NCBI RefSeq assembly: GCF_009914755.1
Contig: NC_060939.1
DNA length: 64,000 bases
Strand: one strand, 5' to 3'
Origin: the human T2T-CHM13v2.0 reference genome, Homo sapiens
Made by a program: the position numbers and the translations under genes. This document shows positions 29,341 to 44,400 of the stretch, one piece after another (the first letter of the stretch is position 1; each line of letters begins with the position of its first letter). The notes below the pieces were generated by a model. The model was not told the origin of the DNA. It ran no database searches and was given only the letters and a program-made list of their open reading frames with translations.

Positions 29341-31009
29341 TTTGGGAAGTCCTACCCTAGGATTTCTCTGCTGCTGCCCGTTGGATCTGTGGGATGGGAT
29401 CCTGTATTAAGTGACGGTCTTTTATAGGACTCTTTGGTCACATAAATAGAAGTCTCTGGAATATAAAGTGCCAGAAGGATCTGGTGTGCCCACTAACTGA
29501 GACTGCTTGCGATTTTATAATCTCCCTGCAGATCACTATATGAACTTTGAAGACCTTTAAAAACCTGTAATTTATCATATTTCTTAACTATATTCATGTC
29601 TTAGTTCTTACACTGCGTATGTTAAAAGTGTATTTCTTTCTTGCTGCCAAAAAAACGCAATGTCTACTCTCATGAAAAGGCATGATTCTAAAATCCTCCT
29701 CCTTTTTAGCCCCCCCCCCATTAATTGTTATATTCACACTTTGGATAAAGAGCCTAAGATAAGGGTTTAATTTGGATTAATAGGATAATTACTATGTGAC
29801 AAACGAATGCCAAATAATGTGAAGAACTGCTTTGTAAGGGAATTCTTGGTTTGACAAAGGTTTGCTTTCAGGTGTGTGGCCTGAATTCTAAACCTCAGAA
29901 ATATTTCCCAGGCTTCTGATGAAATTTATATTTAAACATACAATGCAACCTTGCCATTTTCCTGCATAGTTTTATGAGTCAATTTTAAACGCGGCAGTGG
30001 AATCTTTCTATTATTCTTCAGGCTTTGCTGAGACAGCTGAATTGTCACCTTGACCTTCTTGATACCCACAAGGGCAGTTTCCTGAAAATGAAGAGGCAGT
30101 CTCTAGATCTATGGGGGGGAGGAGTGCATTCTTTTCTCAAGATCATGCCTGTGTTCACCAGAGCATCCATTGTTTATGTGTTTCTCATTCCTGTTAAACT
30201 GTGAGCTCCATCATCTGCAAGGGATGCACAGTAAGACTTTGGTAATAATGTCAAAATATCTTCAACACCTAACCACTTCTGAGCCATCACAATGCCATGA
30301 GTACTGTGCTAATTACTATTACGCACAATTCAGAGAAAAGAGAAATGCAACTAAGAACATTTGCCAAAGCTCCAATGAACATTAAGTGACAGAAGTGGGA
30401 TTCAAACTCAAAACTGCCTGACTCCAAACCCTAGTTTATAAGGCCCTCTTTAGTATCACCACTACCTAACCTGTAGTAGGTACTTAGTACATAGTAGGTA
30501 TTGACAGTGTACTGGGAATAAAGGGCTAACATTGATTGAGGGTCTACTCTTTGTTGTATACGGTGCTCAGCTCTGCAGACGTTATCAACTCCTAGAACCT
30601 AACCACCACATTTCCGTGTGGTCCCGGCTATAAAGACAGTGGCCACTTCTGTGGATGCGCCTACAGTGGGCTGGCTCTGGCCCCTGTGCAACTGGCTGGT
30701 GTTTCAGTCCAGTTCAAGGCTTTGGCTACCTTAATTACTCATTTATTTTTCTTTCTTCTCTCCTGACTTCCCCATTCTTTCTGCCCCTTGTGCATTTTAT
30801 GCTGGGCCCATTTTTCATCTACCTGCACATTTTACTCTACCGCTGTCAATCACGTGAATCCCCTCCGTGTACATACAACATATACTGGGCATGTCTTGCA
30901 CTAAACACTGTCCCTGTTCACAGCCCCTCACTGCCCCATGGCTTCTGTGCACACCTCTAGGTTCATTCCCAGTCACTGTGACAAGCAGTGCTCAGGATCA
31001 CACCATGGG

Positions 31010-31190
31010 CTACCTGGAGTCACAAACTCTTCTCATCTCTTACCATTTTATGACTTTGGGCAAGTTACTTAACCCATTTGTCCCTCAGCTTTCTCATCTC
31101 TGCAAATGTGATAATAATAACAGTACCTGCCTTCTCAGGTCAGGGGAGAATTAAATAACAGTTCTTGGATCATAATAAGAGCTCCCAGAG
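31010..31190 (+). mobile_element. MIR
   Basis: tgactttgggcaagttacttaacc...cctcagctttctcatctctgcaaatg...aataacagtacctgcc. Confidence 0.85.
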
Positions 31191-31582
31191 TGTCAGTCTT
31201 CCCATCGGCTTACTCTGACAGTTTCTCTCAATGCATCTCAATTCTGGTTGCTCAACAGGCTGTGTCCTTTGAAGACTGGCATTCCTCTCTGTTCCCCTTT
31301 ATACTCACTCCTTGGCATTGTTCTTCCTTCACTTTTAATTTTTTTCTGACTTTCCTTCCTGTTTCTTGTTAGTCTATTATCCCTGAAACCACACGTGGAG
31401 GTGTTTGTGCTTATATTGTATATGCAGTCATCAGACCAGTGGAAAGGTGAAAGGTTCAGTCAATTTTATGGCTTGTTTTTAACAAAATGAATTGATTTGT
31501 AAACTGAATTAATAGAATCAATTACATATAGGAACTGTTTCATTAAAAATTATAGTTTCATCCAAGTAATTTTGTTTGTAGT

Positions 31583-31629
31583 TGTGTGTGTGCATGCGTG
31601 TGTGTGTATGTGTGTGTGAGTGTGTGTGT
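31583..31629. repeat. Interrupted (TG)n microsatellite
   Basis: Read directly from the sequence. Confidence 0.9.
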
Positions 31630-32539
31630 TATAAGGGTGATGTCTACCCATACTGCAAATGGAGGCCAGGTCTACTGAGTCCTCAGTGAATAAGTGAGAA
31701 AGACCCCAAATTTCTCCAGGCCTCAGCTCCCATATCTGAACGACAGGGATAGGTGGGCCTAATTCATAATGGTGTTTGGTGAAATACTTTGTTGATATTA
31801 AAACTCTAATGGAACTGAAGCAAAGTGCTAAAAAGAAAGCTTTATAATCTGTTTTTCCTCTCTTTCTCTCTTTGGTTCTAATCATGAATATGTACAAACT
31901 ATCATCCTATCCCTAGATTTCATGTCTCTTGGCACACACGGTAACGTGTGTGTGTGTTTGTGTGTATGTGTATTTCTCCTTCTACATTACTTATTTACAG
32001 GATTGTATGCCTCTTCCCTCAAAAAAATCTTTGTAATTTGAAGTTTAATGGGTACCATTAGGCATTTGGGAGTACATCCAAACACGTAAAAAGTATGGCA
32101 CAAGAATATTGGCACCAAATATTCTTCAATAGTTGGAGACTCAGGCTCAGGTTGGTGATGCTATAGATGGTGGAATGTCAAAGAAGAAGATGAGACACAG
32201 AAAATAAAACAGAAGAAGCTCTTTCCTGGTCTCCCTCTTTAATTATGGAATAATTGGGTAATTTAAACAATAGGAAACAGTCAAATTGGGAAAAGACTGG
32301 TGAAGATATTGCAATATTGGATAGAGGTCCTTATATAAGTCTTCATGACTTTTTTTTTTCTAAAAGATAAAAGCCTATGGATTGATATCCTGAGGCTAAA
32401 AATTCTCCTAATCCTTTCCATATAAACCAGTCCATGCCTCCTATATATTACCTGAGGAGCTGTTACTATATGAATGGGAAGATTCTAAGGCTGGTAATAA
32501 AATAAAATACTGTGTAAGTTAAATGTTCATTTAAGCCTC

Positions 32540-32860
32540 TCAGCATCTATTCAACCCACTTGCAGGTTGTGATTTAAGTGGAGCCCTGACACATGACTCC
32601 AGGATTGGAGCGTATGACCCAGACTTAAGCCAATCAATTGCAGCACATTCTCCCTGCCGAGATAAAATTCTGATTCAATCAAAGCATGTGAGATACAATC
32701 AAATTTTTGCTGAGACCTTAAAATCTCTCTATTTCCATCTGACTTGAATCTGGAAGAATTTGATGTCAAGAACTGCCACCATTATCTTTCAAATTTAGAA
32801 CATGTTCACTCAAAGGAAGTAGATGTATGCTGGGGCAAGAGAGAAACTGGGTCTAATGCA
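32540..32860 (+). mobile_element. Old MLT1 (K/L-like) LTR fragment
   Basis: gcgtatgacccagacttaagccaatcaattgcagcacattctccctgcc. Confidence 0.45.
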
Positions 32861-33251
32861 GTAGGGTATATCCTGTCACAAACATCTGTACTGAATCAGC
32901 AATTCCTAGTACATGAGATGGAAAAATAAGGAGAACATAAAGAGACAAAGAATAGAAGACAGAGGAAAATAACATTAAAAGAGAAAAAAGCAAGGAGGAC
33001 TCTAATAATTCTTTAGTGCTTAATATGTACCAAACACCTATGCCAGGCACTGTGTATGACTAACGTCACTTATTCTCACAGTAACTAGGTACTATTAGTG
33101 TCATGTGTAGAGAAGAATTTACAAAAATTGAGTTGTCCAAACTGATGAGTGCATTGTTTGCCTTGTGGAACATGACCAGGCTTCTTCACCTCTATCTCAT
33201 TCAGAGCTTTCCATAGTTCTGTGTACAGGTAACCTCAGAAATGTCAGAGAG

Positions 33252-33982
33252 TGCTATGGTTTCAATGTGTCCCCTCCAAAATCCTCATTGAAATTTAATA
33301 CTCATTGTGATGATATTAAGAGTTGGGGCCTTTGGGGAAGTGATGAATTCCTGAGGGCTCTGTCATTCATGAGGGATTACTGTCTTATAAAGGAACTGGA
33401 AGGAACTATTGTGGGACCCTTTTTGCCCATCCATCCCTTCTACCAGGTGAGGACACAGCATTAGTCCCCTCCAGAGGATGTAGCAACAAGGTGCCATCTT
33501 GAAAGCAGAAACCAGGCTCTCACCAGACACTGAACTTACTGGTATCCTGATCTTGGACAAGCCAGCCTCTAGTACTGTGCCTCTAGTTTTACGAACATCT
33601 AATACTGTGAAAAATTCATTTCTTTTTTTTTATTTTTTGAGACAGGAGCTCACTCCTTTGCCCAGGTTGAAGTGCAGAGGCACAATCCCGGCTCACTGCA
33701 GCCTCAACCTACTAGACTCAAGCAATCCTCCCACCTCAGCCTCCCAAGTAGCTGAGGCTATGGGTACGCACCACCACACTTGGCTAGTTTTTAAATTTTT
33801 GCAGAGACAAAGTCTCACTATGTTGTCTAGGGACGTCTCAAACTTTTGGACTCAAGTGATCCTCCTGCTTGAGCCTCCTAAAGTGCTGGGATTACAGGTG
33901 TGAGGCACTGCACCTGGCCTATTCTTAAAAATTACCAAGACTAGGATATTTTGTGTCATAATAGTGCAAATGCACTAAGATA
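33252..33982 (+). mobile_element. MSTC-type MaLR LTR, interrupted by an AluJ
   Basis: tgctatggtttcaatgtgtcccctccaaaa...ccctccagaggatgtagcaacaaggtgccatcttgaaagcaga...cactaagata. Confidence 0.88.
33623..33919 (-). mobile_element. AluJ
   Basis: Reverse Alu with J diagnostics: cactgcagcctcaacc..ctcaagcaatcctcccacctcagcc; ctcaagtgatcctcc. Confidence 0.95.
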
Positions 33983-35049
33983 GCCTTCCTGAATCATACA
34001 GTAAGGAAGAGCTGAAATGTGGATTAAATCTGAAATTTATACAAATACATCTGAAATTTATACAAATACATCTAAATGCACTATTTACTACATACATATC
34101 ACTCTGAAATGAGGTGGTTTCTTTTGTCAGCATTAGCTAATATTTTCATTATTAAGGGAAGACTATATCATTATGATTGCTTGAGGTCCTAAGTTAAGAT
34201 TATGATGAGACTCAAACTCAGATTACTCCTAGTAATAATGTGGACAAATTTCTGGATATGGAAAGATTTTGTTGTCAGTTCCTGCGTGAGTTGATTTATT
34301 TTATATGACATATAATATTGATCTAATCCCAAAGCTTTATACCAAACCTATTCATATTCATGCATCCATTTAAAGAAGACATCCACTATTCTGAAAGCCC
34401 TTGTTCTTTGGTGGCACAAAGATTTAAAGAATCTTGCCAATGTATTATTGAAGTCATTTACCCATGTTAAATGTATTTTTGTAACATAGAGGTTAACAAG
34501 TTTAGAAAAAAGACTACTGGGTTATCAATAAGAACAAAACCATGGTGACACTCACATAGATACAGTGTATGGAGTCATCTCTTATACACTAAAAAATAGA
34601 TTCAACCCCAGTTGCAGTTGGTCCTGACTCCCACCTGGTCTCCTTGCCAAACAAGAGGAAGTGGACCAGAGTTTTTTGTGTTTTGCTTTACAATCTCTCA
34701 GCCATCTGACATTCATTCCATCATTGACTCAGTCTTTCAACCACCCATTCATACACTCACCAAATAGACACTAAATGCCTGTTGTATCAGCAATACTGTT
34801 TTGCAGAAAGTTTCACCCTGAATCAAGAAGGAAGAGTTGATACAAATTACAAATGATATACTGTGATGATGAAAACATTTATTGACATCAATAAACTATG
34901 TATCCTCATTCAGATTCTCATTCATTCAGATTTTACAAATACTGAGATGTGCAGACACTCTCTCAGATGTTTCCAGTCATGTTAGCATGCAGCGAGACCA
35001 GCTCGAAATTTGTAATATGGAAGGGAAATCTGCAGCTGTCTGGAATATT

Positions 35050-36040
35050 TAGTAATGTTAAATCTCTCCTTGTCCTTATTTGCATCCCTAAAATTTGGAA
35101 AAGAGAAGAGTATAAAGGTAGAAAAAAAAACTATTATTTCAACATTCTGAAATAACCACTTTTAATATTTTAGTCTTTAGTTTTTTAATCTTTTTTATGC
35201 AAAAATTTAAATTTATATGTAAATGTATAGATATACAGAGATAGAAATCTATATATATTTTCTACCAAAAAAGCATACTATACATAGTATTTGATAGCTA
35301 TATATTCATTTATCAAGTATCTAATGGGACTTTCCAGGTCAGTGAATATTCTTCTATAACATTGTTTTTAGTAACTACATATCCATGGCATGCACATGCC
35401 ATATTTCACTTAGTCAATCCTATTATGGAATATTTAAGTTGTTTTTTGAATTTTTGATATTGTAAATTATACTATGGTATCAGTCAGCTATTGTTAAAAT
35501 AATGTTCAGTAACAAACCACTACAAAACTCAGTGTCTTAAAATAATAATCTTTATATTTGTGGATCTACTGCTCAGCCATGGCAGCTGTGGTTCCCTGTA
35601 TATATTGGCAATTCAGGATCTTCTCCATGTGGCTCTCTTCTTCCATGAAACATTAGGCTATCTGGGGTATGCTATTTTATGGCAACAGCAGGAACAAACT
35701 TGACTTTGCAAGCACATTCTGAATCCTTGGTGACATTACAGCTGCCCATAAAAAATTGTCCAAAGCAAATCATAACCAAGCTCAAAGTGTACTCCAACTT
35801 TTGTAAAGAAAAACCCCAACAGGACATAGTAAAAAGCTTGGATACCGAGAAGGGTGAAGAATTTGGGACAAGAGTGTATCTATCACAATTACAGTAAACA
35901 TTTTTGTATATATCACTTAACACATATCTCTTTTTAAATGTTGTTTCTTTAGGATTACTTCCTAAAAGCTGGGTTGGACAATATGCTTTCACTAGTGTAT
36001 ATACATGTAACTAATCTTCCCAAATCACATGCTCTCAGGT
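35050..36040 (-). mobile_element. L1ME-type 3' fragment hosting an MLT1 LTR
   Basis: catatttcacttagtcaatcctattatggaatatttaagttgtttttt...gtaaacatttttgtatatat...gtttctttaggattacttcctaaaag. Confidence 0.6.
35477..35887 (-). mobile_element. MLT1 (G/H/I-type) MaLR LTR
   Basis: gtatcagtcagctattg...gtaacaaaccactacaaaactcagtgtcttaaaataata; gggtgaagaatttgggac. Confidence 0.8.
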
Positions 36041-36312
36041 ATAGAAATCTGCTATATACTTAAGCTCCACTCCATGGATTTAAGCCAGCCTTCTCAAGCT
36101 TGCTGATACTCCCTTTATTTCCAAGATTCTTTTGTTTCTTAAATTTCAGCTTTTATTTTAGGTTCAGGTGGTACATGTGCAGGTTTTTACATGGGTATGT
36201 TGTGTGACTGAGGTTTGGGATATGAATGATCTTGTCACCCAGGTAGTCAGCTTAGTACCCAGCAGGTAGTTTCACAGCCCTTTCCCTTCTTTTTCCCTCC
36301 CACTTCTACTAG

Positions 36313-36643
<331 letters not shown>

Positions 36644-37688
36644 TGCTGTTCTTATCTTGATATCCATGTGTACCCAATGCTTAGCTCCCATTTACAAGTG
36701 AGAACAATGTGTTATTTGGTTTTCTGTTCCTGCATTGATATCCATGTGTACCCAATGCTTAGCTTCCATTTATAAGTGAGATCAATGTGTTATGTGGTTT
36801 TCTGTTACTGCATTAATTCACTTAGGATAATGGCCTCCTGCTGCATCCCTGTTGCTGCAAAGGACACAAATTCATTCTTTTCTGTGGCTGCATAGTATTC
36901 CATAGTATATATGTATCACATTCTCTTTATCTAATCCACCACTGATGGGCACCTAGATTGATTCCATGCCCTTGCTATTGTGTATAGTGCTGCAATGAAC
37001 ATACCAGTGCATGTATCTTTTTGGTAGAATGATTTCTTTTCCTTTGGGTATATTTGCAGTAATGAGATTCCTGGGTCAAATGGTAGTTCTGTTTTACGTT
37101 ATTTGAGAAATCTTCAAACTGCTTTTCACAGTGGCTAAACTGATTTTCATTCCCACGTACAGTGTATAAGTGTTTCCTTTTCTCTGCAGCCTTGCCAGCA
37201 TCAGTTATATTTTGACTCTTTTGTAGTAGCCATATTGATTGATGTAAGATGGTATCTCATGGTGGGTTTGATTTTCATTTGTCTAATGATTCGTGATGTT
37301 GAGCATTTTTTCATGTTTGTTGGCTGCTGGTATATCTTCTTTTGAGAAGTGTCTGTTCATGTCTTTTACCAACTTTTTAATGGGGTTTGTTTCTTTTTGT
37401 TTGTTGAATTATTCAAATTTTGTATAGATTCTGGATATAGACCTTTGTCAGATGCATAGTTTGTGAATATTTTCCCCCATTCTGTAGGTTGTCTGTTTAC
37501 TCTGTTGATAGTTTATTTTGCTGTGCAGAAGCTCTTTAGTTTAATTAGGTCCCATTTATCTATTTTTGTTTTTCTTGCAATTGCTTTTGAGGACTTAGCC
37601 GTAAATTCTTTCTCAAGGCCTGTGTTAGAATGCTGTTTCCTAGGTTTTCTTCCAGGATTTTTATAGTTTTGGGTCTTATATTTAAATC

Positions 37689-37985
<297 letters not shown>

Positions 37986-39114
37986 ATATTTAAATCTTAA
38001 ATCCATCTGCATATGGCTTGCCAGCTATCCCAACACCATTTATTAAATATTCCTCATTGCTTATTTTTGTCAACTTTGTCAAAGGATCAGATGACTGTAG
38101 GTGTGTGACTTTCTTTCTGGATCCTCTATTCTGTTCTATTGGTCTATGTGTCTGTTTTTGTATCAGTACCATGCTATTTTGATTACTATGGCCTAATATG
38201 GTTGAAAGTCAGGTAATGTGATGCCTATGGCTTTGTTCTTATTACTTAGAATTTTTTTTCGCTGTTCAGTCCCTTTCTTTTGGTTCCATATGAATTTTAG
38301 AACAGTTTTTTTCTAATTCTGTGGAAAATGACATTGGTAGTTTGATAGAAATCCTGTTGAATCTGCAGGTTGTTTTGGGTAGTATGGACATTTTAATAAC
38401 ATTGATTCTTTCAATTCATGAGTATGGAATTTTTTTCCATTTGTTTGTGTCATCTTTTATTTTAGCAGTGTTTTTAGTTCATGTTTTAAATATACCATTG
38501 CCTGAGTTCTGTCACAAAGATTTTTATTTAATTGGTCTTGGATGGGGCTTAAACAATGGTATCCTACCAAAATTCACCCCTAGTATTTTAGTATGTATAC
38601 AATTAAGAGTTATTGCTCCAAACCCTCAAAATTTTGCTGAGAGTTGACGGGTATTGCTATTTGGCTGCACCCAACCACTCACCCTCCCAGCCATCCTCCC
38701 CATTCCCTAACCCACACACACATACACCTACCCTCTGGACATTGTTTTCTTTATTTTTCTTTTTGTTTCTTTTTCCTCCAGGAAGAAGAGAAAGGCTTGT
38801 TTGTTGTTACCAAAACAACACTAGAGTTCGGTAAAAACTTTCCCAAAGGAATTTGTGGCATTGAAATTGCCCCTTGGGCTTTATTTCAATTCTGACATAT
38901 AAAGAACATAGAATTCATCACTGTCATTATTTCAACAAGAAATTCCTACAATAAAGAAAAGGCAATGACTTCTCTTGGACCTTTTAAAAAACTGAGGTTG
39001 CAGGATAAGGATAAGTTACTACCCTGAAATCAGGTGAGACAGGCACATCTGGAGAGATATAGCCACTGAAATCTGAAGCAGAAGAGTCTGGAGCCATAAA
39101 CTGGGAGAAACATG

Positions 39115-39990
39115 ATGCGCATGACTCAACACAGCAGGACTGTACATGCTGTCCTTAGAAGGACTTGCCAGAGGGACATGGATGAAGCTGGAAGGCCATC
39201 ATTCTCCACAAACTAACACAGGAACAGAAAATCAAACACCGCATGTTCTCACTTGTAAGTGGGAGTTGAACAATGAGAACACATGGACTCAGGGAGGGAA
39301 ACATCACACACCGGGGCCTGTTGAGGGGTCGGGGGCTAGGGGAGGGAGAACATTAGGACAAATACCTAATGTATGTGGGCTTAGATGACAGGTTGATAGG
39401 TGTAGCAAACCACCATGGTACATGTATACCTATGTAACAAACCTGCACGTTCTGCACATGTATCCCAGAACTTAAAGTAAAAAATAAAAATCAAAAAAAG
39501 ATCTGCTGAAAGGTTGGCTCTTGGCTGGTGTTTGGAAACTTGGATTTCAGGGGAGTTACTACCATTCCCAGACCTAATAACAGGGCTCACTTTGCCTACA
39601 TTGTTTGTACAAACCAGGCAGTTTATTCTGAACACTATTTTTCTTCTGGGAGTCTGGAATTTTGGTATGTGCTATGCAGAGGATGACCTCAATAAAAATT
39701 TTGGGCACTGAGTCTCTAATAAGCTTTCCTGTTAGGTAACATTTAATATGCATTGTCACAACTCATTGCTGTAGGAATTAACAGCAGGCTGTGTGCTTCC
39801 TCTGGGAAAAGACTCTGGGGAGCTTGAGTCTGTTTTCCACCAGACTTCATCCTATACATCTTTTGCCCTTGATACTTTTGTTTTGTATCATTTTACTACA
39901 GAAAATTATAACTGTATGATTAGGGCTGAGTTCTATGTGTCCTCTTAGTAAATCATTAAAACTGGGGGTGGTCTTGACTCCCCCATAGAA
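39115..39990 (+). mobile_element. MER68-like ERVL LTR, interrupted by L1PA8
   Basis: caacacagcagg...tgctgtccttagaagg | aaggttggctcttggctgg...ctgggagtctggaattttggtatgtgcta...ctgggggtggtcttg. Confidence 0.7.
39170..39499 (+). mobile_element. L1PA8-type 3' end
   Basis: gggacatggatgaagctggaa...aacaaacctgcacgttctgcacatgtatcccagaacttaaagtaaaa. Confidence 0.92.
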
Positions 39991-41358
39991 ATACATATTA
40001 CATTTGATGAATTGCAGGAGACTAAGTGTAGACAAAGTGACAGGAACTATTGAAGATCATTGTTTTTTTGGGAGTTTCCCAAATTTTCATGGGCTTTATC
40101 CCCAGAAACTCCGACCAGTTTTTATGGTGAAGATTTGATGAATATCCTTACTTTTTATTAATGGAGAAAGGGGAAGAACAATCATTGTGAAGTATACTCA
40201 TAACCTTCTATATAAGCAAATCCTACTCTCCAAGGGAAAGTGTTTGCCAGAAACTTCTACCAGAAAGAAAATTTCTTCCATTCAGTATCATTCAGTCTTC
40301 CCAATTCACCTAAAGGAACAGGATATCCAATAGAAGTCAGAGTATCAAGGAAAAGGATGGAGAACATTCTAGTCAAGGAAAGAATTAGAGACTATTGAGA
40401 ACAAGCTGTACCACTGGAGAAACAACTTTGGAGAACACAGCTCCAATATGCAAGCCCACTAAAAGACTGTGATTTAATAGGAAGATTATAGAACACTCCC
40501 CATCCCATACACATGACTGAAAAAAGACTACCTTATAAATATAATTGATTATGCCTGAAAGAAATACAAGACATAAACTTTAACTAGAACTACTTAGGGA
40601 CACCCAAGGGAATTAAAACACGGATGCTATAGCAATTTGAAGCCTCTGATACCTATAGCTATAACAAACATCAAACAGAGGCCACATCCTAATCAGATAA
40701 ACAAGTATCCTCACATTATACTTCTATTTATTTCAGTTCCTATTACCTGATACAATATGTCTAGCCTCTAATGAAATTACAAGGCATGCATAAAGGCAAG
40801 AATGAACACCATTTGAAGAAACAAAGCAATAATCAGAACCAGATTCGGATATGACAGAATGATAAAATTAGCAGCCAGGGAATTTAAAATGACTACAATT
40901 GAATTGTTAAGGGCTATACCAGACATAAAAGTAGATAATATGCAATAACAAATAGGTAATATAGAGAGATAAATGGAAAAACTAAAAAATAATAAAAAAC
41001 AAATGCTAGAAACAAAAAAATGCTATAACAAATATGAACAGTGTCTTTGATGGGGTCATCCATTGACTATAAATGACTGAGGAAAGAATCAGGGCTGGAA
41101 GACTGGTGAATAAAAATTTCCTAAACTTAAATACAAAGAAAATGAGTGTATGTTGGGGGTGGGGGGAGACAGAATTTCAAGAACTCTGGACCAATTTTAA
41201 AAAATGTAACATGTATATAATTAGGATAAAAGGATAAAAAGAATAAGAGAAGAATAGGAGAAATATTTGAAATAATAATGGCTGACAACTCTCCAGAATT
41301 AATGAGATAGACTAAACAAAATCTTGGAGAATAACAAGCAGGTAAATTACCGAAACAT

Positions 41359-41360
<2 letters not shown>

Positions 41361-41432
<72 letters not shown>
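41361..41432. repeat. (AC)20(AG)16 compound microsatellite
   Basis: Read directly; lies within the L1 ORF1 remnant. Confidence 0.98.
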
Positions 41433-41437
<5 letters not shown>

Positions 41438-44400
41438 CCATATTTAAATTTTAGGAACCAGAGACAATAGGAAAATTTTGAGAAAGAGAGAAGGGGAGAG
41501 AGAGAGTAAGAGACTTTACTTATAGAGAAATAAGAATAGAATGAGAATTATGACAGATTTCTTATCAGAAATCATGTAAGCAAGAAGAGAGTTGGTAAAA
41601 TATTTGAATAGCTGAAAGAAAAAAATCAACCTAGAATTATATGCAGTGAAATTCTTAAAAGACATTTTTCAGTCAGAGAAAAAATGTTATAGGTAAAAAA
41701 TTTAGATATTTGTAAAGGAAAAAAGCATAAAAAGAGGAATAAATGAAATTAAAAGAAAATTAACATTTTTTATTCTTAGTTCATCTAAATGATTACTATA
41801 CAAAGTAATAATAGAATCAATATATTGGGTGAATATAGCACATGAATAAATGAGGTAAATAAAAACAATGTCACAAGGTATGGAAGGGAGAATTTGGGAA
41901 GAATATGTTCTAAGGCACTACATATGAAAGCAATATAGTATTATTTGAAGTGAAATTATATTAATTATAACTGCATACAGAAAACTCTAGGCACCCAATA
42001 TTTTAAAACATAAATATAACTGATATGTTAAGAGAGGAAATATAAAATGCTCCATTAAAACCAGAAAAGCAGAAAAATGAAGAAAAATAAGAAACAAAGA
42101 AAAATTCAATGAATAAAAACCAAGAATATTAATAATATCTTTAAATGTAAATAGTATAACTTTACAAATTTAAAGACAAAGACTTATCAGAATGAATAAA
42201 ATTAAAACCAAACTATGTAATCTACAGAAAACTAACATAATAATCCTATAAGTTAAAAATGAAGAAATGGAGAAAGACATACCATGCGAACACTAATTAG
42301 AAGAAAGCTGAAGGACCTTTGACAATTTCAGAGAAAGCAGACTTCAAAGCTGGGATGATTGTCAGGAATAAAGAAGAAATGCTGTATAATGATAAATGTG
42401 TCAGTTCTTTAAGAAGAATAACAATGCTGAAAGTGTATACCCCAAACAAAATACATTAAGCAAAAACTGAAAAAACTTAATAGTAGGCAAATCCACTATT
42501 GTAGTCAGAGACTTCAACACAGTTTATCAGTAACTGACATACCAACCAGGCAGAAAATCAGTAAAGATGTAGATGACCTAAACAGCACTATCAATCAACT
42601 TGGTCCAATTGACATTTAAATAATTCACTCCATCTAACAACACCAGAATACACGTTTTTCACAAGCTCATATGAAACACTTACCAAAATAGACCACATTC
42701 TTGGCCATAAGATACAACTAACATATAAAATAATTGAAATCATGCAAAATATGTTCTCAGACCGTAATAGAATAAAAGTAAAAATTAATAACAAAAAGAA
42801 AGCTGAAAAATTACCAAATATTCAAGAATGAAACAATATGCTTCCTAACACACACAGATCAAAAAATATATTTCTCAAGAAAAATTAAAATGTATTTTGA
42901 ACAGAATGAAAATAAAAATTCAGAAGGGGTTTCAAGATGGCTGACTAGGGACATTTGACACTTGCACCCTCCATGAAGAAGAATCAAAACAGTGAGTAGA
43001 TAATCACACTTTGAATGAATGATTTAAGAGAGAATACTGAAATTCAACAGAAAAGTGACAGGAAACACCTAAGGCAAGGAAGGAGAGGGAAGCTAGGCAG
43101 TCTGCTCAGCCAAGATCAGCTGGGAGCCTGGAAAGGCTCCTCAATGTGGGGAAAGTGAAGTGAGAGACTCCCATTAGTCTAAATTCCCACCATGGACTCC
43201 TGCAATTCTAGCCACAGGAGAGCCCCTTGACCCTTGCAGGCCCTGAGACTAACACAGGCAGTTGCCTGGAAACATTGCTTCAGAGAGGAAGCTCATCTTG
43301 AGTCTTAAACACCTGGTGAGACCTAAGCAGCCACATTGCAGGGCCATTTTGAGAGCCCAGCCCACAACAGACTATATCCTGCCCTGGGCCCATCAGCCCC
43401 TGCATCTTTACATTCCTGAAGCCCAACTGACATCCTTTGCCTGCAGCCACCACTGCTGCTGGATGCTGCTGCTATAGATAAAGTGCAAGCTACTGGCAGT
43501 GACACCAGCCCTGGTGACACTGCTGCCACTGACAGCAACCTTACCTTCCAGAGTAGCAGGTGCACAGTGCACTTGCATGTGCCCTGAGGAGAGGCTTCCC
43601 CATCTACCACCACCACTGCTGCCTCCATCCAAGGGGGAACCTAAAGATCACCTCATTCCTGCCCACCACAACCAATACCCATACATATCACTGGGGTTGC
43701 TGGGCTGGCCACAGATACTATACTAACCCACTCAGCCTGTTGAAACCATCACCAACACCAGTGCAGACAGCTTGGGAGCCAAATGGTTGCCCTACCATTG
43801 CTGCTGCCATCAACCACACCAAGCCTATTTCCCAGGGATCTGAGAAACTGTCCACCAATATGACCTACTGATGTCACAGCTGACACTCAAGCAAGGTACC
43901 TGGAGGTCCAAGAACTGGCCAACCTACAACCACTAACACTGATACCAGCATATGCCACCCTCAGACCAAAAGACAAGCATGCTTAGCCTGCCACTGCCAC
44001 CACTGGGGCCTGAGCACTGGCTTACCTAGCTTCCCCATCCTCAGCAAAACTTCACCACAATCTCCACTGATAACTGCACCCTAAGCTACCGGGGAAATCA
44101 CATATATCATTGACACTGTTTATAGCTGAAGAAAATATATGAAGACAATGTTACTGCTTGCACCCAGAACCAAAGCCAAAGTGCCCTAATCAACCAACAC
44201 CATAGATATATCTTCAGGAAAATGTTTTCCCCTATGAAAGTAGATCCAAAAACGTAGACATGACTGTTACATTAAATGCACAGGTGTCAATGAAAGGATA
44301 CAGGGAACATGAAAAGGCCAGGAAATATGACACCTGCAAGAAAATGCAATACTTCTGCAGCAACAGATTCTAATGAAAAAGCAGTTTATAAAATGCCACA

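Noticed and set aside
29970-30060. AP-1 (TGAGTCA) and nuclear-receptor-like motifs
   Set aside because: Isolated short motifs with no supporting context
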